Assembly: GCA_027036135.1 (NCBI GenBank)
Contig: JALVSY010000030.1
Coordinates: 96,001 to 160,000 of the forward strand
DNA from: Pyrodictiaceae archaeon
GTDB lineage: Archaea; Thermoproteota; Thermoprotei_A; Sulfolobales; Pyrodictiaceae
DNA: 64,000 nucleotides
Direction of reading: 5' to 3'
Part shown: piece by piece, positions 19,111 to 28,255 of the stretch
How positions within the stretch are numbered: the stretch's first letter is position 1
Layout of the letters: each line of letters starts with the position of its first letter
The notes under the pieces: generated by a model
What the model was told of the DNA's origin: nothing
Databases searched by the model: none
What the model saw: the letters and a program-made list of their open reading frames with translations, nothing else
Translations under genes and position numbers: made by a program

Positions 19111-20193
19111 CTATCGCGGATGCTCCTGTGAAGAATTTGGCCTTTGCTGAGCCCCTTCTAATTCCTCTACCTCTAGCTTTGCCATCCTGGCCGCTCTCAC
19201 GAAATCCCTTAGGCTAATCGGGAGCCACTCCCTTAGTTCATAGTACAGCGCTAGCGGGGCCTGTTTTCGACGTCCCCGGCTCCACTTCATTAACTCGATG
19301 AAGGCGCGGAGCCTTGCGTCTCGCGGGCTCATAACCCTTCTCACAGCTTCCTCAACATCACATGTCTCGTACCTAGCTCTTAGCACGATCTCCGTTATCT
19401 GAGGAAGCCTGGAAGGAACTCCATGTATGCTACCTCTAAGTGTTATTTTTCTAGGCTCTCCGAGTCCGCGTAGGTCTAGTCTACGAGTAGCACCGGGCCT
19501 AGGCAGTATATCGATAATTCCACCGATAATAAAGGCATCCGCGTTTAGAGCCTCGTTACTTGTTAAGGGCTTCTCTGCCGAGGGGTCAAGGACTATTATC
19601 TTATTTGCGCCACGGAGATAAGCTGCTTCGTCGCCTGGTAACTCGCTGTAGTCAAAGAGAGCACGCCCCATGAAGGCGCGGAGCCATTCAATGACCCCTG
19701 GTCTGGCGCTGGATAACAATAAGTGTCGATCCCATAGGTATCTGCGGATGACACCGAGAGCTGCACCTACTTGGACTCTTAGGCTCCTAAGCTCTCGACC
19801 AAGATGGCTCGCTACCAGCCCTAGGTCTATGACTATTAGTGGCTTGTACTCCTCGATCATGCCGAATAGTTCCTTGCGTGTATTGCACGGCTTGTTCCGG
19901 TACGAGATAATTGCATCAACCTTTTCGCCCCCCTTACCATGGCCTATGCATAGCCTTCCCCCTTTACAGGAATGACACTCCTCTAACAAGCACATAGAGT
20001 TACGCTTCTCTATGCAAGCACCCCATACCATGACTTGCAGGAACATGTCTTGTAGAAGGGATAGCCGGGGAAACCTTCTATGACGCAAGCATATGGCGCG
20101 AATATTTTCCCTGCATAGGTACTCCAAGAACGCCCTTCGATGAATCGGTGTGTCGCATGTTTTCCTGGGCTCAGTTACCGTGAGGCTCTTCAC
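19111..20193 (-). CDS. trm10: tRNA m1R9 methyltransferase (Trm10, SPOUT family)
   Basis: VLDPSAE, FIIGGIID, LRGSIHGVPSRL, RRYLWD. Exact start uncertain. Confidence 0.85.
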   Translation of the reverse strand: MKSLTVTEPRKTCDTPIHRRAFLEYLCRENIRAICLRHRRFPRLSLLQDMFLQVMVWGACIEKRNSMCLLEECHSCKGGRLCIGHGKGGEKVDAIISYRNKPCNTRKELFGMIEEYKPLIVIDLGLVASHLGRELRSLRVQVGAALGVIRRYLWDRHLLLSSARPGVIEWLRAFMGRALFDYSELPGDEAAYLRGANKIIVLDPSAEKPLTSNEALNADAFIIGGIIDILPRPGATRRLDLRGLGEPRKITLRGSIHGVPSRLPQITEIVLRARYETCDVEEAVRRVMSPRDARLRAFIELMKWSRGRRKQAPLALYYELREWLPISLRDFVRAARMAKLEVEELEGAQQRPNSSQEHPR

Positions 20194-20242
20194 AGCTCTT
20201 CACAGCTCCGCATGGGGGTGAGAGGAGGCTCATCAACACCCC
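20167..20242 (-). ncRNA. Box C/D sRNA overlapping the trm10 5' end
   Basis: C TTGATGA, D' CGGA, duplicated GCTGTGAAGA (C'), guide GCCTCACGGTAA, D CTGA. The guide is complementary to conserved 23S UACCGUGAGG. Confidence 0.7.
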
Positions 20243-20296
20243 GGGCGAGAGAGCGTAAACTAATTACGTTCAGTACGCGTAATAGCCCCTGATTAT

Positions 20297-20356
20297 GGGC
20301 CGTGAGGAGGGCTAGATAAACTGAGCGATGTGATGACGGTTTCTGGTGCTGAGCCC
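20297..20356 (+). ncRNA. Box C/D sRNA
   Basis: GGGC/GCCC terminal stem, C GTGAGGA, 12-nt guide, D' CTGA, C' GTGATGA, 12-nt guide, D CTGA. Confidence 0.88.
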
Positions 20357-20358
20357 CG

Positions 20359-20733
20359 TTACTCCTCCTCGGCTTCCTCAAGCTCCTCTAGAACATCCAT
20401 CACCGCTGTCCGTGTATCACTACTAACGCTTATCCCTTTACGCCGTAGAGCCTCGGTGATTCGCACCGCGATTGAGCTCACGTCGTCTAGGAGGTCCTCA
20501 ATGTATTCTCGCGGGTTATCCTCTGTATCCAATACCTCTCTTACATAGTCTCGTAGATTCTCATGCCCTATTCTAACAGTAACGCCACTGCTTGACTCAA
20601 ATACCTCTATGTAGAGAGGAGCGCTGGGGTGAAGCACGACTATTTTCTCGCCTCTTTTTTCTACTCGGTACCCGCTCTGCTTAGCTATTCTCTCTATTTC
20701 TTTTACTATATCCTCGTTTATCAAAGCGCACAC
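20359..20733 (-). CDS. Acidic hypothetical protein
   Basis: Clean 124-aa ORF with upstream GGGGT Shine-Dalgarno-like motif; no motif recognised. Confidence 0.75.
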   Translation of the reverse strand: MCALINEDIVKEIERIAKQSGYRVEKRGEKIVVLHPSAPLYIEVFESSSGVTVRIGHENLRDYVREVLDTEDNPREYIEDLLDDVSSIAVRITEALRRKGISVSSDTRTAVMDVLEELEEAEEE

Positions 20734-20886
20734 CCCACGCCATAACCCGCGTTATTGCAATAACCGCCCTTATAAGAAGAACTATGCTGCATCACTACAG
20801 CTACCACAGAGCGCGGATTAGCTACGAGCTATAATTATTATCGTAGCCGTGTAAGAGGTGAAGATTAAGAGGGGACACCAATGATG

Positions 20887-20993
20887 TGGAGCCGGGGCCG
20901 GGATTTGAACCCGGGATCAACGGGTCTCTACGCGATGGGCGGATGCATTGAGGCACTGCAGCCCGCCGCCTTCGACCGCTCGGCCACCCCGGC
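20887..20993 (-). tRNA. tRNA-Cys(GCA) with a 30-nt intron at 37/38 (20926-20955)
   Basis: Cloverleaf forms after intron removal. BHB: exon CTGC pairs with intron GTAG, flanked by 3-nt bulges. CCA encoded. Confidence 0.95.
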
Positions 20994-21063
20994 CTCCATC
21001 CGTGACTACTTGTTTCTCTTACTTGGTAGCTTATTAACGCAACGCCCAGGAAACGTATCCTCC

Positions 21064-21125
21064 GGGGATGATTGGCTCAGGCGGAGCTGAGATTACTAGA
21101 GGATGAGTTTAGCCTTGGCTGACCC
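21064..21125 (+). ncRNA. Box C/D sRNA overlapping the 5' end of the GGR-family gene
   Basis: GGG/CCC stem, C ATGATTG, D' CTGA, C' GGATGA, D CTGA. D guide TTTAGCCTTGG is complementary to conserved 23S CCAAGGCUAAA. Confidence 0.85.
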
Positions 21126-22185
21126 TGTCAGCGACGTTATTGTTGTAGGTGCTGGTCCTGCCGGTTTATCCGTGGCTACGCGTCTCCGAAGAAAGAGCGT
21201 GCTCGTGCTCAATGCCTCCGAGTCCCCTGGGTGGCCTCCTCATTGCACCGGGCTTGTTAGCCCCAAGACCGCGCAGAGGCTCGGCGAAGACGCCGTGACC
21301 GAGTCGTTTACTGAAGCCGTTTTCCTTGATGATTCTTTTAGGGAGATCTGTAGGATTTATGGTAAGCCGCTCGCTGTCCGTGTTTCACGCCCTCTACTTG
21401 AGGAGATCCTTAGTCATAGACTAGAAGAGATGGGGCACTTACTGCACAATAACTCGCTTGCTGACGATATAGGAGAGACCTGTATCCATGTTAGGGGCAA
21501 GGGGTGGTTATGTGCGAGGGAATCGGTGCTTATCGCTACTGGGTATTCTCGGTTCTCCAAGCTATTCGGGGCAAAGCGCTGCGATACGCTAAGCGGGCTT
21601 GAGGTTCGTGTTCGGCTTAGTAAGCGCATAAGGGATGATGAATTCGTAACGCTGCACGGCAATAAGTATGCACCAGAGTTCTTCACCTGGATTGTGCCGC
21701 TGCATGGGGGGCGGGAGGCGCTAGTTGGCCTAGCAGCACGCTCTGATACAGCTAGTAGGCTTGCCGCCTTCTTACACGCTGCGGAGAGAAAGGGTCTACT
21801 CAGTATAGACAAGCTGGTTTCTCATCGGGGAGGCCGTATTCTGCGCGGTCCACCAGCAAGGCATGTGTATCGGGGAGGAGTGTATGGTCTAGGTGATGTT
21901 CTCTGCGCGTCAAAGCCCTTTACGGGTGGAGGATTATACGCTATAGCCGCTATGGCACCACTACTTACGGATGCTATAGAGCGTGGGGACAGAGCTAGGC
22001 TGGAGGATGAGTGGAGTGCCTTAAGGAGCGAGCTTCTCCTCCAGAGGGATCTTACAAGGCTCGCCATTATCTATAGACCTCTCTGGAAAATGGGCCTGGC
22101 AGCAGCGTGTAGTGTCCAGGATAGGTGTTCTATAAGCTATGATAAGCATAGTTCACTGCTTAGGTGCCTAGCTAGGGGGCGCTAG
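21103..22185 (+). CDS. Geranylgeranyl reductase-family FAD oxidoreductase
   Basis: GAGPAG, HCTG, FTWIVP, GD...KPFTGGGL. Confidence 0.85.
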   Translation: MSLALADPVSDVIVVGAGPAGLSVATRLRRKSVLVLNASESPGWPPHCTGLVSPKTAQRLGEDAVTESFTEAVFLDDSFREICRIYGKPLAVRVSRPLLEEILSHRLEEMGHLLHNNSLADDIGETCIHVRGKGWLCARESVLIATGYSRFSKLFGAKRCDTLSGLEVRVRLSKRIRDDEFVTLHGNKYAPEFFTWIVPLHGGREALVGLAARSDTASRLAAFLHAAERKGLLSIDKLVSHRGGRILRGPPARHVYRGGVYGLGDVLCASKPFTGGGLYAIAAMAPLLTDAIERGDRARLEDEWSALRSELLLQRDLTRLAIIYRPLWKMGLAAACSVQDRCSISYDKHSSLLRCLARGR

Positions 22186-22189
22186 GGAA

Positions 22190-23050
22190 TTGGCGAAGAA
22201 GAGGCTTCTAAGAGAAATAGCTGCTGAGGTTCTTGGGCCGGAGAAGGCGCGTCAGGTATGGTCTAGAATAGACATTATTGGTGATATAGCTGTTATAAAG
22301 AAGCCCTTTGGGCTCGATATCGAGGAGTTGAAGCCGCTAGCTGAGGTACTGCTTAGGAAAATACCTTATATTAAGAGCGTGTGGGCTGCCTCCGGCCCAG
22401 TTGAGGGAGAGTACCGTATCCGAACATATACTCACCTAGCTGGCGAAAAGAGAAGTATAACCCTCTATAAGGAGCATGGCTGCATATTCAAGGTTGACAT
22501 AACCCGTGTATACATCTCGCCAAGACTCTCAACCGAGCATCGTAGAGTAGCTGAACAAGTAAGGCCCGGGGAAATCGTTGTCAACATGTATGCAGGCGTC
22601 GGCTTATTCTCAATAATTATGGCTAAGATCTCGAAGCCTAAACGAGTCTACAGCATAGACATTAACCCTTATGCATATAGACTCATGGTGGAGAATATCA
22701 GGCTTAATAGGGTAGAGAACATAGTTATCCCGATCCTCGGTGACGCCGGAGAAATAGTTGGTACTAGGATCAGGGACGAGGCTGACCGAGTACTAATGCC
22801 TCTACCAGAGCTAGCCCTTGCCCATTTACCTAATGCCGTCAAAGCTCTCCGGGATGAACGAGGCATTATACATGTTTATTTACATGTATTCGCGGAGAAA
22901 GAAGTTGATCCACGTGAGAAAGCGAAGAAGCTTCTAGAGCAACGCTTGCAGGAAATAGGGGTTACCCGATACGAGTTCATGTTGGCAAGGATAGTTAGGA
23001 CTGTGGGGCCTCGTAAGAGCCAAGTAGTTGTGGATGTACGTATAGGCTAG
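22190..23050 (+). CDS. trm5: Trm5/Met-10+ family tRNA methyltransferase
   Basis: DIIGDIA, KEHGCIF.VD...Y.SPRL, MYAGVG.F, IDINP, RVLMPLP. Confidence 0.85.
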   Translation: MAKKRLLREIAAEVLGPEKARQVWSRIDIIGDIAVIKKPFGLDIEELKPLAEVLLRKIPYIKSVWAASGPVEGEYRIRTYTHLAGEKRSITLYKEHGCIFKVDITRVYISPRLSTEHRRVAEQVRPGEIVVNMYAGVGLFSIIMAKISKPKRVYSIDINPYAYRLMVENIRLNRVENIVIPILGDAGEIVGTRIRDEADRVLMPLPELALAHLPNAVKALRDERGIIHVYLHVFAEKEVDPREKAKKLLEQRLQEIGVTRYEFMLARIVRTVGPRKSQVVVDVRIG

Positions 23051-23487
23051 TCCATTAACGATGCTATCTTGGTTGCGACGAACTCCAGTATAGCTTTTAC
23101 ATCATCAGCGTTGTCCTTTGTAACCCCTGTAACAAGTATAGCCTGGGTCTTGCCATCGCTCTCCTCAATACTGTACTCTAGCCCCTCGTAGCTATCTGCG
23201 AGGTTCTGGAGACTAGTGCGTACATACTTTATGTAGGGATGAGCACTAGGCACTGGCTTTAGGAACACTAGTCTAAATGTATCCCGGGTCATACTCAGCC
23301 TTGCAACGACCTTGCCGCTTCTCGACCTAAACTCTTTGCCGGAAGCACTGGGGCCTCTCGCTGCTACTCCTCTCCCACACTCCGACACTAGGTCTAGAAG
23401 CTGTTGATATAACTGAAGCTCTTGCTCGAGCTGCTCGATCTTGGCCTCCAAGAACTCTCTAAGCTTCTCACACCTATCCTCCGACAT
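23047..23487 (-). CDS. Hypothetical protein with N-terminal coiled coil
   Basis: GGAGG Shine-Dalgarno and ATG; heptad LEAKIEQLEQELQLYQQLL. Confidence 0.75.
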   Translation of the reverse strand: MSEDRCEKLREFLEAKIEQLEQELQLYQQLLDLVSECGRGVAARGPSASGKEFRSRSGKVVARLSMTRDTFRLVFLKPVPSAHPYIKYVRTSLQNLADSYEGLEYSIEESDGKTQAILVTGVTKDNADDVKAILEFVATKIASLMD

Positions 23488-23627
23488 CTAATCCTCCCCG
23501 AAGAGGAATAATCGGGACAAAGGATTAAGGGAGGCCTAGCCCTCTACGAGGAGATAGAATCAGAAGGGGTAATTATTTACCGTTCCCTTCACTGCTCCGC
23601 ATAGACTAGGGAAGGGAGGTAGCCTAG

Positions 23628-25397
23628 TTGCCGAGCGGAAAGCTGACAGCATCCATATTTGTGTTAAGTATTGTACTCGTTTCCCTAGCACCTCTACAAG
23701 CAAATGCATATACCTATACTGCTCACATAGGCCTGCTAGCTGTGACTGATCATTCAGGAGAGGTTATTCCAGCGGACGTAACTGTTTCGCGCGGCAGCAG
23801 TGGTGGCCTCGTTCTACAACCAAAGCAATACATTCACCCCAGCGTCCTATACTCTACACGTGTAGGATATGTGTTAGCATCTCTGCTTAATCACTTGTCT
23901 CCAAGCAATGTATACACAAGAGTATTCATACATACAAATACAGAGGTACAGGGGCCAAGTGCAAGTGGGTTCCTGGCATCAACTATCTATCTTGGAATTA
24001 GAGGGATCTATCCCAGAAACGATACTACTATGACTGGGATGATTTCCTTAACGGGGTTAATACTGCCCGTAGCCGGGATAAAATACAAGGTTGAGGCAGC
24101 TGCAAGGGCTGGTTATCACCGTGTAATCCTACCCTATGGCGAGAACGTGTCCAACAAGACAATAGGCGGGGCTCCTATCATAGTGCTACATGCTTGTAGC
24201 GTAGAGCAGGCCATAATGGATCTAGCCTCGGCGCCTCTAAAGATTGCATCATATAACGTTAGCTACGTGAACTCCTCGATAAGGACGATGATTCACGATT
24301 ATATTAATGTCAGTGTTTTCGCTAATTATACAAAAATGTTTCTGAAATCGCTGAGACTCCTTCTAAGAGAATATAATGGAGAGGACAAGAATGTGTACAA
24401 CAAGCTCGCCGAGCTGGCTCAGCGAGCACTTAGTAACGGTGATTCATATAGTGCTGCCAGTATAGCATTTTACTCACTAGTAAACATTGCCGAAAGAGTG
24501 GCTAGCATCAAGGGATTCAGCTACGTAGAGGAAAAAATGGGGATTAGTCTCAATAAGGAGATCGAGCTAGCTACCAAGGAGTTACGAGCTGCCTCAAAGA
24601 CCGTGCTAAATGGCTCTAGGTGCTATGCATGGCGCGTAGAAGCCCTTGCTGCTGCTAGTGCTAGGCTCTATCTAGCTAAGCACGTGGCCAGCAGTACTAA
24701 CGGTGACAAGGTATTAGCACTGCTTAGAGCGATCTCGGCGCGCTCATGGATAGAGCTGGCAAATAATGTTAGGGGGCCGCAAGTGCCTTGCACGCTACTA
24801 AAGGAGACTATCAAGAACTATGTAGATTACGCCTCACTCTCGTATCAATACATTAATAGCGTGCTCCCCTTCCTTGCTAGACAGCTGCTAATGCCCGATA
24901 ACCGAAGCGTTACTGCCTGGCTAAGGGATGCACATAACGCACTAGAGAATAATGACTATTTACTTGCCCTGGGACTTGCTGAGAACACCTTGGCTAGTTT
25001 TGAGGATGTATTAGTGGATTATGCAGGTTTACCTCTCAGTTGCGTAGCTAACCATGTCTACTTCCTCCTAAAAGAGTCTTCGATAGAGTACCCGCTGCCA
25101 ACACTGCTCTACATGGATTATGCACTGACATACGCCATTAAGGTTAGCAAGATTATAAAGAAACAGAACTTTGCCTCAATACTAGGCTCTGATGCCGCTA
25201 CTTGGGCTCTCTTCGGACTCTTTGGCTGGATGACTAATCAGACTCTTACTCCCTTAAACACTGGTGCTGGTAGCTCTGAGCTAACATACGTCAAGCCATC
25301 CTCGATGATGCCTCTCGTGGTTGAGGCACTGGTTCTCGGCGTTATTGTCTATGCTGTAGCCGGGCTAGCTCGTAGAGCTTCTTCCCAAAAACTCTAG
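23628..25397 (+). CDS. Secreted, membrane-anchored S16 (Lon-like) serine protease
   Basis: Signal peptide, QGPSAS, MTGMI...PVAGIKYK (Ser-Lys dyad), C-terminal TM helix. Confidence 0.88.
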   Translation: MPSGKLTASIFVLSIVLVSLAPLQANAYTYTAHIGLLAVTDHSGEVIPADVTVSRGSSGGLVLQPKQYIHPSVLYSTRVGYVLASLLNHLSPSNVYTRVFIHTNTEVQGPSASGFLASTIYLGIRGIYPRNDTTMTGMISLTGLILPVAGIKYKVEAAARAGYHRVILPYGENVSNKTIGGAPIIVLHACSVEQAIMDLASAPLKIASYNVSYVNSSIRTMIHDYINVSVFANYTKMFLKSLRLLLREYNGEDKNVYNKLAELAQRALSNGDSYSAASIAFYSLVNIAERVASIKGFSYVEEKMGISLNKEIELATKELRAASKTVLNGSRCYAWRVEALAAASARLYLAKHVASSTNGDKVLALLRAISARSWIELANNVRGPQVPCTLLKETIKNYVDYASLSYQYINSVLPFLARQLLMPDNRSVTAWLRDAHNALENNDYLLALGLAENTLASFEDVLVDYAGLPLSCVANHVYFLLKESSIEYPLPTLLYMDYALTYAIKVSKIIKKQNFASILGSDAATWALFGLFGWMTNQTLTPLNTGAGSSELTYVKPSSMMPLVVEALVLGVIVYAVAGLARRASSQKL

Positions 25398-26048
25398 TAT
25401 ACTGGTTTGCCTAGTCAGCTTAGGCTCTACGTGCTCTTTTTTGGCTTTGAGCTGTTTTATTCTCTCTACTTCTTTGCGTATGGTTTCCCCGAAGTCCTTC
25501 TTCAGTTGCTCGCGGATAGGCGGTTTATAGAGTGCTGCCGCGGGGTGATATGTCACCGCTATGCGTAGCTTTACTCCCTCTATGCTCGCGTCATATACGT
25601 GGCCGTGTTGCTTGCTCATGCTCTGCCACTTGAGCCCTGCAAGCTCTAAGAGAGTTCTTGCAGCGTGCCGGCCCAGCGCTATGATTAGTTTTGGCTTAAT
25701 GAGCTGGGTTTGCCGAATTAGGTAGGGGAGGCAGGCTCTTATCTCCTCGTCGCGTGGATCCCGGTTGCCTGGTGGTCTACACTTAACGACATTAGTTATA
25801 TATACTTGTGCTCTCTCAAGCCCTGCTAAGCCGAGTAACTTGTTGAGTAGCTGTCCAGCAGCACCGACAAAGGGCCTACCTTGTAGATCCTCGTTTCTCC
25901 CCGGTGCCTCCCCTACTACCATTATGTCTGTGTCTAGGGGGCCTTCACCGGGCACTGGGTTCTTGCGAAACTTGTGAAGCGGACATTTCTTACAATTCCT
26001 TATCTCTTCTACTAGCTTCCTATATTCTTCCTCAACATTATTCCTCAA
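25365..26048 (-). CDS. udg: Family 4 uracil-DNA glycosylase
   Basis: CKKC, GEAPG, PFVG, NVVKCRPP.NR, YHPAA. Confidence 0.95.
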   Translation of the reverse strand: MRNNVEEEYRKLVEEIRNCKKCPLHKFRKNPVPGEGPLDTDIMVVGEAPGRNEDLQGRPFVGAAGQLLNKLLGLAGLERAQVYITNVVKCRPPGNRDPRDEEIRACLPYLIRQTQLIKPKLIIALGRHAARTLLELAGLKWQSMSKQHGHVYDASIEGVKLRIAVTYHPAAALYKPPIREQLKKDFGETIRKEVERIKQLKAKKEHVEPKLTRQTSILEFLGRSSTS

Positions 26049-26138
26049 AGCCGTAGCCCCTTAGCCAGTCTCTGAAAAACACCACCCGGAAGTTATCTCA
26101 TTATTGGCTAGACTTAAGGTATATGCCCGGTACTAGGC

Positions 26139-27005
26139 TTGCCCGGTGAAGCAATCTTGGAGGAAGAAGAGAAGACTAGCGCGTCAGAGCCCGTGATAAA
26201 GGGCAGGATGTACCACATAATGCTAGGGCCAGGCGACATCCCCCCGTATGTCCTATTGCCCGGAGACCCTGGGCGCATAGAAACTATAACGTCTACGTGG
26301 GAGCGGGCAGAGCAACTCGCGTTTCACCGGGAATATCGCAGCGCTAGAGGCGTCTACAAAGGAATAGAGATAGGAGCAATTAGCACTGGTATAGGTGGGC
26401 CCTCAACATCCATAGCTATAGAGGAGCTTGCCCGAATAGGTGTACATACTCTTATCCGTGTCGGGACTACTGGCGCTATTCAGCGAGATATAGAGCCAGG
26501 AACACTGATAATAGCAAGCGCTGCTGTGCGCTTTGACGGAACTAGCCACGAGTACGCATACCCCGAGTATCCCGCAGTTGCGAGCCCGGATGCTGTTCTA
26601 GCTCTCGTGGAGGCTGCGGAGAGGCTCGGCTATACCTACCGAGTAGGAGTTGTCGCCTCTACTGCAAGTTTCCATGTGGGGCAAAGCAGGCCCGGATTCC
26701 GGGACTATAGCTGGTCCTTGAGCGAGAAACGCCTAGAGGATCTCCAGCGTATGGGTGTTCTTAGCTTCGAGATGGAGGCTGCAACCCTATTTACACTATC
26801 AAATATATATGGCCTTAGGAGCGGATGTGTATGTGCTGCGATAGCCAACAGAGTTACCAATGAGTTCGTGAAAGACAAGGGTGTCAAAGAGACAATAAAG
26901 GTGGCTAACGAGGCCCTACGTATCTTAGCCAGCGCTGATAAGAAATTTGGACAAAAACTCCACAGTATTAGTGAACTATATTCTGTCCTCAAAGAATTTG
27001 CTTAA
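26139..27005 (+). CDS. udp: Uridine (nucleoside) phosphorylase
   Basis: LPGDPGR, STGIGGPS, RVGTTG, FEMEAA. Confidence 0.9.
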   Translation: MPGEAILEEEEKTSASEPVIKGRMYHIMLGPGDIPPYVLLPGDPGRIETITSTWERAEQLAFHREYRSARGVYKGIEIGAISTGIGGPSTSIAIEELARIGVHTLIRVGTTGAIQRDIEPGTLIIASAAVRFDGTSHEYAYPEYPAVASPDAVLALVEAAERLGYTYRVGVVASTASFHVGQSRPGFRDYSWSLSEKRLEDLQRMGVLSFEMEAATLFTLSNIYGLRSGCVCAAIANRVTNEFVKDKGVKETIKVANEALRILASADKKFGQKLHSISELYSVLKEFA

Positions 27006-27961
27006 CAAGATTTCTTATCTCTAAGCGGACACGTGGCCCGAGTGGCTCTCCGCTAATCCTTTTCGTTAACTTACAGAAGCTACATATATCCCTGGCTGAT
27101 ACGAGGCCACAATATCTGCATTTCTTATACTCCCTTTTCCCCGCCAATGCTTGGTAGGTTTCTATTCTTTTCTCGAGCCTTCTTAGAAACGAGAGCTTAA
27201 TGCCGGGATGCTCCTCCTCAAGCTTGTTCATGAACTCCTTTATTCTTTCCTCGATAGGCTGCTCTGGCCTAAAAGGACACTCGTCAATCACTATGGGTAG
27301 CTTGTTAACGAGCGCGTAGAGCAACGACTCTTTCTCATATACCTCGTATAGGGGGCGGAGCCTACCAACGGCAAGGCCTTTAATAGTCTCGGTAGCGGGC
27401 CCGAATTTAGCTAGTTGCTCGAGATCCTGGTTAATGAATGACTTAAGAGAATACGCAATTATGTCATCAGCGTTGTGTCCTAGTGCGACATAGTCAGCGC
27501 CTATCTCTACTGCAACAGCATTCAGAATATAGCGCTTAACGAGACCGCAAACACTACATACAGGTCGTCTAGCTCGCCGAGCCAGCTCGTAGACAGTGAA
27601 CCCTATGAGCTTCCTTAGCTCTACTACTATGCAAGGCGTCTTATACTCTTTGCATAGCTGCTGTACCTTTTGAAGACTCTGCTCACTATACTCGCGTAGA
27701 CCAAGGACTATATGAACACCTATTAATCTAAACCCGTATTGTCTTGACAGCTTAGATAATATGGCCAGCATTGTGGAGCTATCTTTACCACCCGACACCG
27801 CTGCGACAATTACCTTAGTCCTTATACAGTGCACCGACACGCCTTAGTATGCGCTCAACCTTCTTTTCCACGAATTCCGAGAAGTGCTGCTTGCACAAGC
27901 GGAGACGAGCATACCTTATCTCAACTATTGCGGGGTTATCACACTTACTACATTTAGCCAC
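26989..27961 (-). CDS. ttuA: TtuA/Ncs6-family tRNA 2-thiolation protein, frameshifted at ~27820
   Basis: GTG 27961 gives MAKCSKC...LCKQHF...GALYKD* (N-terminal Zn finger). The +1 frame continues TKVIVAAVSGGKDS, CSVC, GHNADD, CPF and C-terminal CxxC pairs. Confidence 0.85.
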
Positions 27962-28160
27962 CACTTGTCGCGACATATATCTCAACCATTTCCCCGTCTT
28001 CTAGGCAGGTATTCTCAAGAATAGGCTCACCCTTGTAGAGAACTACCACGGATTCACGTGAATATCCGAGCTTCTTCAGCACCTCATATACACACCCATT
28101 ACGCGTCTCTATCTCCCTTACCACATTGCCGGGAATTATGCGCACCACTATTCTTACCAA
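27954..28160 (-). CDS. ThiS/MoaD-like ubiquitin-fold sulfur carrier (TtuB/SAMP-like)
   Basis: 68 aa, ends in SGG, overlaps the ttuA start. Confidence 0.9.
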   Translation of the reverse strand: MVRIVVRIIPGNVVREIETRNGCVYEVLKKLGYSRESVVVLYKGEPILENTCLEDGEMVEIYVATSGG

Positions 28161-28255
28161 GGACGATGCCCAGGTCGCCTCCGACCCTGGTTGAGCTAGA
28201 TTAATTTTAGGGATAACGACATTCTTCTTCCCAAAAGGGGAGGGTTATCAACACA

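Noticed and set aside
20190-20381. 63-aa ORF from the ORF track
   Set aside because: It spans two C/D sRNAs and has no protein-like features.
20881-21090. 69-aa ORF from the ORF track
   Set aside because: It is antisense to tRNA-Cys and runs into a C/D sRNA.
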